From Bythopirellula sp. (GTDB lineage: Bacteria; Planctomycetota; Planctomycetia; Pirellulales; Lacipirellulaceae), in NCBI GenBank assembly GCA_965216565.1, contig OZ244170.1, forward strand, positions 3,456,001-3,520,000: DNA of 64,000 nt. Reading direction: 5' to 3'. Position numbers and translations under genes: made by a program. The stretch's first letter is position 1. Each line of letters begins with the position of its first letter. The notes beneath the pieces are model-generated. The model searched no databases, was not told the origin of the DNA, and saw only the letters and a list, made by a program, of their open reading frames with translations. Below, piece by piece: positions 1-7,901 of this stretch.

Positions 1-94
1 GAAATTATTTGTCGAAAAGACAGCTTTATTTTGACCTATATCTCGCCTTGGCGTCTTAGCGCCTTTGCGAGAGACATGTCACCTGAGATTACCA

Positions 95-1249
95 ATGGCC
101 AAGAAACGACCTACCAAAACCGCCCCCCAAAAACCACGCGTCAAACTCACGCCCCGAGATAAAAAGACGATGGTCCGGCTCAAGGGTCTTGCCGATCGGG
201 TGGTGAACGCCGCCAATGCCCGCCGCGACCCGCACGTCGATATCCCTTCGCGTACACTGTCGAACGTGCGCTATAGCCCCCGCAAGCGGATCATTGAAAT
301 GGGCAACGGCAAGAATCGCCGCCAGTTGTTCGACCTCTCTCAGGCGAAGGCATACATGCGGACGATGCTCGTGGCCGGCGGTTGCAAAAAACTGCTCGAC
401 CAAGGAAAAACCACCAGCCTTCGAGGCATGTTCTACATGCTCAAGCACACGATCGAAGGTGCCAAAGAAAATACCTTCGACGAACAGAACGAGTGCGACA
501 CGATTATCGAAGATGTCGAGGTGCTGCTCGATTCGATTCGTGAAGAGTTGCATCTTTATGCCGAGAATCGCGGGGCCATGGTCGGCAGCATCACGCTCAC
601 CGACAAGGGCGACACGATCGATTGTTCGCGGATGGGCTCGGGCGGTTACGCGATTCCTTCGATCGTCGAACCGGAGGTTATACAGCTCGACCGCAAAAAG
701 TGCAAAGCCAAGTTTATCCTGCATGTCGAAAAAGGAACGGTCTGGCAACGGTTCAATGAGGACCGCTTTTGGGAAAAGCATAACTGCATTCTCACACACG
801 GTGCCGGTCAACCACCCCGTGGAGTGCGTCGGTTGCTTTACCGGATGCACAATGAACTGAAGCTACCCATCTATTGCGTCCTGGATAATGACCCCTGGGG
901 CTACTACATCTACAGCGTGCTCAAGCAGGGATCGATCAACCTGGCCTTCGAATCGCAACGCATGGCCATCCCTGAGGCGAAATTCCTCGGATTGCGCAGC
1001 ATCGACTTTGATCGCTGCGAACTCTCCGACAGCGTCAAAATCTCGCTCAACGACAACGATCGCAAACGGGCCAAGCAGATCGCCAACTATCCCTGGTTCG
1101 AAAAAAAGAAACATTGGCAACGCGAAATCCAACGGATGGTGAAGAACGATTTCAAGCTGGAAGTCGAATCACTCATTTCCAAAGACATCAGCTACGTTAC
1201 CGAGACGTATGTGCCTGAGCGACTTGAGGCCAAGGATTGGCTAGATTGA
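95..1249 (+). CDS. top6A: DNA topoisomerase VI subunit A (Spo11 homolog)
   Basis: Winged-helix Tyr motif SLRGMFY; Toprim motifs HVEKGTV, GAGQP and DNDPWG; C-terminal KLEVESL. ATG at 95 preferred over TTG at 65. Confidence 0.93.
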   Translation: MAKKRPTKTAPQKPRVKLTPRDKKTMVRLKGLADRVVNAANARRDPHVDIPSRTLSNVRYSPRKRIIEMGNGKNRRQLFDLSQAKAYMRTMLVAGGCKKLLDQGKTTSLRGMFYMLKHTIEGAKENTFDEQNECDTIIEDVEVLLDSIREELHLYAENRGAMVGSITLTDKGDTIDCSRMGSGGYAIPSIVEPEVIQLDRKKCKAKFILHVEKGTVWQRFNEDRFWEKHNCILTHGAGQPPRGVRRLLYRMHNELKLPIYCVLDNDPWGYYIYSVLKQGSINLAFESQRMAIPEAKFLGLRSIDFDRCELSDSVKISLNDNDRKRAKQIANYPWFEKKKHWQREIQRMVKNDFKLEVESLISKDISYVTETYVPERLEAKDWLD

Positions 1250-1282
1250 GGGGCCAAGTGTTAGGAGATTGGGACTAGTGGA

Positions 1283-1311
1283 TTGAACAGGAGGACGCAG
1301 AGGACACGGAG
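1283..1311. repeat. Left arm of 9-nt-periodic inverted repeat family
   Basis: TTGA-ACAGGAG-GACGCAGAG-GACACGGAG; its reverse complement resembles 1895-1925 and 10221-10251. Confidence 0.6.
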
Positions 1312-1326
1312 GTAGTTGGCTAACGT

Positions 1327-1755
1327 TCACTCATCGGGAGTAAGTTCGACTGCCACAGCCCAGTCTCTATTCAAGTTCGGACGCCTTGCTAGGATGGCTT
1401 CTGGAGACTTAGAACGTGAATGGGTAAGCAATTCCCCACCACTATTGAGTTCTCCAAATTTTAGTACTACCTTCAAAGGCTCGATGTCTCGGCGCCTTTT
1501 AAAGTGAAACTCCAGCTCAAATGGAGCCCAATCGTGCGGGCAATAGGCAACCCCGCAGACGACGATACTCAAACGGCTTGTTCTCTCGATCCTTAGCCCA
1601 ACTATTCCATCACACCAGATATCCCGTGACCTAGTGAATTCTATTTGATGCTCAAAGAATCCGCTTAAATAGAATTCGATCAGTAAGGAAAGCGGGCGAC
1701 TATCGCCGGACATGCCTTGCTGAGTATTCTCATCTCTGAATACCCATTGCCACAA
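1327..1755 (-). CDS. Orphan hypothetical protein, AT-richer than neighbours; true start may be upstream (~1844) across a 1-nt frameshift
   Basis: 142-aa ORF. The frame stays open without a start codon to a TAA at ~1837-1839. Extended -10-like TGCTACAAT at 1864-1856 (minus strand). Confidence 0.55.
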   Translation of the reverse strand: MWQWVFRDENTQQGMSGDSRPLSLLIEFYLSGFFEHQIEFTRSRDIWCDGIVGLRIERTSRLSIVVCGVAYCPHDWAPFELEFHFKRRRDIEPLKVVLKFGELNSGGELLTHSRSKSPEAILARRPNLNRDWAVAVELTPDE

Positions 1756-1894
1756 TTCATTGCAGATGCGTTCTTCGGTCGATTCAAAAGCTGGCTTGTC
1801 AGTATCAGCGAAATCAATACCCTCTGATTGAAAGAGTTATTCAAGATGCTTATCTATTGTAGCACAATATGATGGCACATCGTCCTCAGCGGTT

Positions 1895-1925
1895 CTCTGG
1901 CACCTCCGCGAACTCTGCGTTTCAA
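1895..1925. repeat. Right arm of 9-nt-periodic inverted repeat family
   Basis: CTCTGGCAC-CTCCGCGAA-CTCTGCGTT-TCAA. Confidence 0.6.
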
Positions 1926-1941
1926 AAAAGCCACTCATAGC

Positions 1942-3012
1942 TCAGCCCGCGCTTGCCCTGATGTGCGTCGGCAGGCAGTCAGTCGGACGCAGAACGCATT
2001 CGGTCGAGAGCGCAAGCAACGTTTGCTTTCGCTTCAAGTCTGCCTCTAGCGGCAGTTGCGCAACACCTAAGAGTCGCCGCATGATTTCGCAGCCGGCAAA
2101 GCCGATGGCGAGCGACCAATCAAAACTGTCCCCGACGCGATACTGCTCAAACACCGCAGTAAAGACGTCGGCCGACTGAGCGCTGAGATGCAAATGCGCG
2201 AGAAACACCCCTACATCGAATTCCGGCCGGCCGAAGAAGGCAAACTCTGGATCGATGATCGTCGCTCCGACGGGCGTCATCAGCCAACTGCCGGGAAAAA
2301 AGTCGCCGTGCAATAGACAGGGTCCATCGGAAAGATAGACATCGCCCAACGACTTCACTTCGGCCACATACTCCGGGGAACTTTGCAGATCGATAGCCGC
2401 CTCGGAGAGCCCTGGCGTTATTTCGTCCAGGTCGAGTCCATTGTTGGCCGCAAGAGGTAGCTCGAAAATATGTGTGTGATTGAGCTCACGCATGGCACGG
2501 TTTGCCAACCGTCGCTTGGATGGTGGTGAGAACTTGAGCCCGTGCAAATCGCTAAGCCACGTCGACAAAGTCGCCGTCAGCTCAGACGTCATCGGTTCGC
2601 CCTGATACGCACTAACAAAGTCGCAAGCCTCGCCAACATCTTCCAAAACCAGCACCCTCGACTCGGCATCCAGTTCTAACAGTTTTGGCATGCGCTCGGC
2701 CACCTGCTCGCATGGCGACGTGAGCATGTAGAATCGGGCCTCACTTAGAATGCGATCCTCTGGTGCGGCAATGTGCGGATACTTTTCTACCCAGGGCCGC
2801 GATTGCTTGACAATCAGCGAGCCATCCGCCAACCGAACCCGTAAAGTGCAATTCATGTTGCCTTCGCCGGCACGGTCGATCCACAGCAGCTTTTCAGCGG
2901 AGTTCAGCAAGCCGTGCTCGACTAGAAAAACCTGCAACTCCTCGGGGCGTTCCGCATCTAAGTAGAACTTACCCGGGTGCTGCGCTGCAAATTTGCCTCG
3001 TTGATTTTGCAT
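1942..3012 (-). CDS. APH-family phosphotransferase, 5-methylthioribose kinase (MtnK)-like
   Basis: GEGNMN loop, VKQSRPW, LLHGDFFPGS and IIDPEFAFFG motifs. Confidence 0.78.
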   Translation of the reverse strand: MQNQRGKFAAQHPGKFYLDAERPEELQVFLVEHGLLNSAEKLLWIDRAGEGNMNCTLRVRLADGSLIVKQSRPWVEKYPHIAAPEDRILSEARFYMLTSPCEQVAERMPKLLELDAESRVLVLEDVGEACDFVSAYQGEPMTSELTATLSTWLSDLHGLKFSPPSKRRLANRAMRELNHTHIFELPLAANNGLDLDEITPGLSEAAIDLQSSPEYVAEVKSLGDVYLSDGPCLLHGDFFPGSWLMTPVGATIIDPEFAFFGRPEFDVGVFLAHLHLSAQSADVFTAVFEQYRVGDSFDWSLAIGFAGCEIMRRLLGVAQLPLEADLKRKQTLLALSTECVLRPTDCLPTHIRASAG

Positions 3013-3194
3013 GTGGGCCTGATGAATGGACTGGGTACGACGCGAAGCTTTCTCGCTATTCTATTACTCAACCGTATCGTAACAGACCATTGGAAGCTAC
3101 TTCATTCTGTATGGAAGATCACCAATGTCAGGAAAACGAGTCGAATTGCCCTCGTTCATAGATTTTAATTTGAAGCCAGAAACTTGATGGGCGG

Positions 3195-3908
3195 CTAATT
3201 GTTCATTGTTGTGGTTATCAGCGTGGGGACAAGCACTGCGACCAGGATGGCCGCTTGAATTGCTTCGATGACCGAACCAGTCGCCTCACCCATGAGTTCG
3301 CCAGCCGCAATTTGCTCAACACGAGCTTTGCGAGATTTGATCTCTTTCTTGTCGAAGACCTGATTCAACAAACTGCCACTGCTGGCCAACGAAATGAGAA
3401 CGGTCGTACGGGCATCCACTTCCGCAACGTCCGAGAATATCGCATTACGCAGCCGCTGAATGATTTCATCTTCCGGCCCGGGATCGACCTCGGGATAGAT
3501 TTTACGAGTAAACAACAGCAGCACCTTGTGTTCGTCAGCCCGAAGAATCTCTCGTTCGCAAAGCTGACGAGCCACTCGATGCCGAATATCCTTGATGCCC
3601 GCCACCTGAGAAATCCAATGCTTCAGCGACTTGGGCTTCTTAGCACTGGCAATAAGCTCTACGCACTCATCAATAATCGGATCGCCCAGAGGGCTGGCAT
3701 CGAGAACCTCAACAATTTGCTTTCCTTCGGCGTCGATGGATATCCGCTCCTCCAGCAATAGTTCTGTAAGGATCGCGCCTGAAGTCATGTATTCAACATA
3801 GCCGTTGGCGCACGTACCCTCCTCATCGCGCAGTGCGAGGAGCATGATTTCTTCGTAGACGAATAATGAATGATTGCTAGTTGTCACGGCATAGTCCTCT
3901 GGAAGCAT
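3195..3908 (-). CDS. GOLPH3/Vps74 (GPP34) family protein
   Basis: EEIMLLAL..EG start, GAILTELLLEERI, TRKIYP and DARTTVLISL pattern, hydrophobic C-terminus. Confidence 0.8.
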   Translation of the reverse strand: MLPEDYAVTTSNHSLFVYEEIMLLALRDEEGTCANGYVEYMTSGAILTELLLEERISIDAEGKQIVEVLDASPLGDPIIDECVELIASAKKPKSLKHWISQVAGIKDIRHRVARQLCEREILRADEHKVLLLFTRKIYPEVDPGPEDEIIQRLRNAIFSDVAEVDARTTVLISLASSGSLLNQVFDKKEIKSRKARVEQIAAGELMGEATGSVIEAIQAAILVAVLVPTLITTTMNN

Positions 3909-3948
3909 ACTGATTGTATGCTATTCGTCGCGATCAACGAAATATTGC

Positions 3949-4362
3949 CTAAGAAAAGACAACACGCCACAAGGCGCCACCTAGGATGACTGTGCCTAGG
4001 ACCGACGCACCGATGGTGATGATCATGACCGCACCACTGGCAATATCTAACGCATCGCGGACATGAGGGTTGTATTCGCGAGTGACCACTTTCGCGAGTC
4101 GTTCTACCGAAGTGTTCAAGAGTTCCACACTCAGCCCCGCCATCATGCAGAGCACGACGACGCACCATTCCATTTTGGTAATTCCCAGCAAGGCACCGGC
4201 TACAATCACACCGGCAGCGATGCCAAAATGACCGATGAAACTCTTTTCTTGCGATATGGCAATCCACATTCCGCGGAAGGCAACCGCGAATTTGTCGTAC
4301 CAGCTTATATCACCAACCTGGAATTCACCTTCTGAGTGCGATTTGTTCTGATTGTCATTCAT
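3949..4362 (-). CDS. dgkA: Diacylglycerol/undecaprenol kinase (DgkA family)
   Basis: ELLNTSVERL and DALDIASGAV motifs, 3 TM helices; start overlaps the lptD stop (TAATG). Confidence 0.85.
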   Translation of the reverse strand: MNDNQNKSHSEGEFQVGDISWYDKFAVAFRGMWIAISQEKSFIGHFGIAAGVIVAGALLGITKMEWCVVVLCMMAGLSVELLNTSVERLAKVVTREYNPHVRDALDIASGAVMIITIGASVLGTVILGGALWRVVFS

Positions 4363-7300
4363 TACTCTAGTCCGAAGACGCCCGCTGGCGGGACTTCGAT
4401 TCCTGTTTTGCTGGTGAGCCTCAGCTTTGGCAAGAAACGTGGTTCGACCATAAACCGCACACCGACGTTGTCTTTGCTTTCGTCCACGTTAAACCCAAGT
4501 GTAACCAACATCGATTCGCCGATGCGAGTCATCGAGAACGTTTGCCCGATATTCCCTCCATCGCTGAAGTCGTAGGAGGCGCTTGCCGTAGAAATCCATT
4601 TTGGACTGAGCCGATAGCTATAGCTACCGGTGATCGAGTTGCTGGTAACGGGTCCGTTAATTGAGCGGACGCCCACATACGCATTCCCGCGAGAAGGACG
4701 ATTCAGCAGCACACCCCCGGAGATCATCCGCAGTCCATCTCCAAAGAAGTCAGCAGCACCATCGGAAAGCACGGTAAATCGGTCGCCCAAGTGCCAACGG
4801 ACGTCGTAGTCGAACAATCCAAACTCTTGACCAAAGTTGTCTCGACTTGCCTCAGGAAAATAGGTGAGGTTGCTGTCTACTGTTAGCCAATCCACCAGGT
4901 GCTGACGTCCGGGTCCGCCGCGTTTGGTTTGCCAACGATGGTGCATGCCGGTACGGAGTGCCATGAGATCGTCGGCAATCTCGGTACTTGGCGATGTCAC
5001 CCACCCCTGTTGTCCACTGCGAAACGCGTAGAATCGAGGATCGAAGCGGGCGTCCATCGGCGCTAACGGGAGCGTCGGATCAAGGCTCCCATCAAACAAC
5101 CGACGGCGGAACTCGATGATCGAGAGATCGTCCAGCGGATCGTAGAGAGTCAAATCGCCAATATCCTCGTCGGCATCCGCATAGGAAAATTCTGCATCGA
5201 ACGTCACCTTATGTGCAAGCCCGTTGAGGTTGAACAGTGTATCCTGAACCTCGGGATAAACAGCCCAAAACGGCACGCTCGCCCGTACACCAGTGTGAAC
5301 ATACGCCCGCTGCAATTCTTCGCCATCCAGGGCCTGCCCCCAATGGGCCAATTCGCCCAGTGCGAACGGCACGACCTTCACCGGACCAACTTCTAATGGT
5401 AGATCAATTTCCTGTCGAGTGACCAGTCGCTCGCCTTCCACGTCTGCTTCCCAAGGCAACACCGCAAACTGGTCCGCCAGGATTGCATCCACCGGCGCAT
5501 CGGCAACATTGATGTTCGCGTACGCGGCTTGAGAATGTTCGAACCATGTCAATCGATCGCCCAATAGCGATTCGCCCAGCCAATAATGATCGACCCGCGG
5601 CAACCACTGGGTTTCGGTGAAAAACTCATTCACTTGGGCGTTGGCTTCGATCGACAACGCACGGTTATCAGCCAAGCGCTTGAGCCGGAGGCCAGTGCGC
5701 GGGTCCTTATGTTCGTCCCACTCTTGTTCGTAGAATTGTTCCAGGAAAGTACGATCGCTGAGCCAGCCTACTTCCCCGGTCAAATCCCAACCGTTATCAA
5801 ACCTTTGTCGATGACGCCCAAATAGTCGGAAACGATAATCTTCTTCAGGTACGATTGGCGAACGACCCCGTCCGAGATTGTCGAAGCCATCGTCCTTGAT
5901 GCCCCAGAAATCCCAGAGCCCTTCGGCGGGACCTTCGTAGCCCAGGGCATCGGTGCGATCGTATTCGAACGTCGCCCCGTGACCGACGCCGCGGTCACTG
6001 AGATAGTCTAGGCTAAGTCCCAAATCTGTTCCCGGCGGAGGATTCCGGACGCCAAACAGTTGGTAGGCATCCAGGTCGACTCCCAATTGAGTCCCAAAAA
6101 TGTTGTCGTTGCCCACACGTACTCGATCGATGAAGAACGAGGGCTTGCTAAGATCGGTGGCAATCGTCGGCCAATAGAAAACGGGGATGCCCCGTAAGTA
6201 GACAAAATTGCCACTGCTCTCGGCCATTTGACTGTGATTGGCCACTACCTGCCCGGTACGTGGATCGAAATCTTGTCGTTGAACGTCCTGAAAGGATATC
6301 TGGTTCGCACCAAAGTGATACGCCGGCTCTTCCAGCCGACTGGTTGTGACCAGCGCGTTGGTCGCAGTGAAATGCGATTCATCGAGTTGACGAATGGCAG
6401 CCGCCTTAAGCCGCACGAGCCCTTGGTATTCCTTGTCTTCGTACCGAGGCAGCGGCGTCAGCATCTCGGCATTGAGTATCACCCCAATCTGCCGACGAAC
6501 ATCGTAGAACATGCGGTCGGCATAGATCACGCGATCGCCCTGCCGGAACTCGATGTTGCCCTCCATGTAGATTTCCAGCGGGGCATTTTGGGTTTGGAAC
6601 GACTCGGTACCAAATCCACCCCCACCATCGGCAGTCCAGATGACGGCACGGTCGGTGGTGATATCGATCGTTCCCAACGGGCCAAGAGCAGCGGTAATGT
6701 CTCCGACTGGCAAGCCTTCCACTAAAACGCGGATCCCACCGGAGATGACCACCACTCGCCCGCCCGTTTCCACCACGCGCGATTGAATCTCGGGCGAAGA
6801 ATCGTTACGCGGAAACATTTGCAGACGACGCATTCCCGGGGGCAACGGCTGACTCTCCACAGGGGCGGGAGTCATGCCCGTAAACTGTGCCAGCATCACT
6901 TGTCGGCGCCGCTCCGGATCGAACTGCGCCAAGCCGCGATCGTACACGGCTGGGCGAACCGTTGGCTCTGCCGCAGGAGGAGGCACTTTTAGTCTAGGTG
7001 CCGGAAGTGTAAGCGTGCGATGAAACCATGTGGAGGCGGTTTGTCGACCGAGCTTCTTCGCTTGCTGGCTATTCTGTGCCGGTTGACGATAGTCAACTTC
7101 GATCTTCTCGCCTTCGGGGGCCTCCATGTAGGTGATCACCTTGGTCGGAGCGCCCGGACCCCCACTGCGATCGATCCAAAGAACCGCTTCGGGTCCACGC
7201 GCGTAGGTCAAGCCTTGGTGCATGTAACAGTTGCCACGCAGATGCCACACCTCGTAGGCGCCCTGTTGCCAACGACAGCTCCAGTCGGCCGCAATCGTCA

Positions 7301-7472
7301 CTGGCTGCGTGGGGTCGGCAGGCGTACCGCCAAGATCGTCAGCACAACAAGGAATTCCAAGAAGAAGCGCGAGAGCCATGGACATCGCCAGGTGAGCGCA
7401 CCAGGAGACACTCCGCTCAAGACGGACCCTCTCCAGCCAACGCGATTCCTTTCGCGCAGTGATGTTCGGCAT
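4362..7472 (-). CDS. lptD: LPS-assembly outer-membrane protein LptD/OstA-like (planctomycete long form)
   Basis: Signal peptide; OstA-like IYMEGNIEFRQGDRVIYADRMFYD; aromatic-rich beta-barrel region (LDYLSDRG, SDRTFLEQFY). Confidence 0.75.
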   Translation of the reverse strand: MPNITARKESRWLERVRLERSVSWCAHLAMSMALALLLGIPCCADDLGGTPADPTQPVTIAADWSCRWQQGAYEVWHLRGNCYMHQGLTYARGPEAVLWIDRSGGPGAPTKVITYMEAPEGEKIEVDYRQPAQNSQQAKKLGRQTASTWFHRTLTLPAPRLKVPPPAAEPTVRPAVYDRGLAQFDPERRRQVMLAQFTGMTPAPVESQPLPPGMRRLQMFPRNDSSPEIQSRVVETGGRVVVISGGIRVLVEGLPVGDITAALGPLGTIDITTDRAVIWTADGGGGFGTESFQTQNAPLEIYMEGNIEFRQGDRVIYADRMFYDVRRQIGVILNAEMLTPLPRYEDKEYQGLVRLKAAAIRQLDESHFTATNALVTTSRLEEPAYHFGANQISFQDVQRQDFDPRTGQVVANHSQMAESSGNFVYLRGIPVFYWPTIATDLSKPSFFIDRVRVGNDNIFGTQLGVDLDAYQLFGVRNPPPGTDLGLSLDYLSDRGVGHGATFEYDRTDALGYEGPAEGLWDFWGIKDDGFDNLGRGRSPIVPEEDYRFRLFGRHRQRFDNGWDLTGEVGWLSDRTFLEQFYEQEWDEHKDPRTGLRLKRLADNRALSIEANAQVNEFFTETQWLPRVDHYWLGESLLGDRLTWFEHSQAAYANINVADAPVDAILADQFAVLPWEADVEGERLVTRQEIDLPLEVGPVKVVPFALGELAHWGQALDGEELQRAYVHTGVRASVPFWAVYPEVQDTLFNLNGLAHKVTFDAEFSYADADEDIGDLTLYDPLDDLSIIEFRRRLFDGSLDPTLPLAPMDARFDPRFYAFRSGQQGWVTSPSTEIADDLMALRTGMHHRWQTKRGGPGRQHLVDWLTVDSNLTYFPEASRDNFGQEFGLFDYDVRWHLGDRFTVLSDGAADFFGDGLRMISGGVLLNRPSRGNAYVGVRSINGPVTSNSITGSYSYRLSPKWISTASASYDFSDGGNIGQTFSMTRIGESMLVTLGFNVDESKDNVGVRFMVEPRFLPKLRLTSKTGIEVPPAGVFGLE

Positions 7473-7901
7473 CTCTTTCTGGCGCGAACGATTATGGCAA
7501 ACCAGCTTCGTTTGCCCACGCGGATAAATCTTTCCGCGTGATGGAGTCGTGTGCGCCCAACGACAAGCAGTGCTTCGAGTTACGTAAACTCACGGTCCCC
7601 AAAATAGGGCGGCGAATTATAGGTGCCGGTCAATCCTAGGGTCAAGGCACCTTCATCGACTGATAGCAGAATGTAAAGCCATTCCTGCCAATGACTTACA
7701 GTGGTCATCCGGGACCCAATTCTGCTTGAGCGTTGCGGCCTACCCCACGCCCCAGAATCTGACGGACTCAGCAAAACTCCGCCCAATCGTTCATGCATTC
7801 ATCGGACCGCTTAGGAGGGGCTAGTTTTCCTGCCAAGAATTGCCGACTATGGCAGGCGAGTCTGCCCGCCCCGCCCTTCCCTCCCAGCGACTACGGAACC
7901 G

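Noticed and set aside
89..850. Long antisense ORFs (also 22964-23776, 47722-48546, 54441-55283, 31803-32450, 39093-39731)
   Set aside because: Shadow frames of well-supported genes in GC-rich DNA, with no recognisable motifs.
95..1249. Wadjet/JetD-type defence nuclease
   Set aside because: The sequence has full Top6A features and no SMC/jetABC genes follow it in the window.
1313..1330. Integron attC site next to the orphan gene (GGCTAAC/GTTAGCC)
   Set aside because: Only a single core-like heptamer, with no paired L/R boxes and no integrase.
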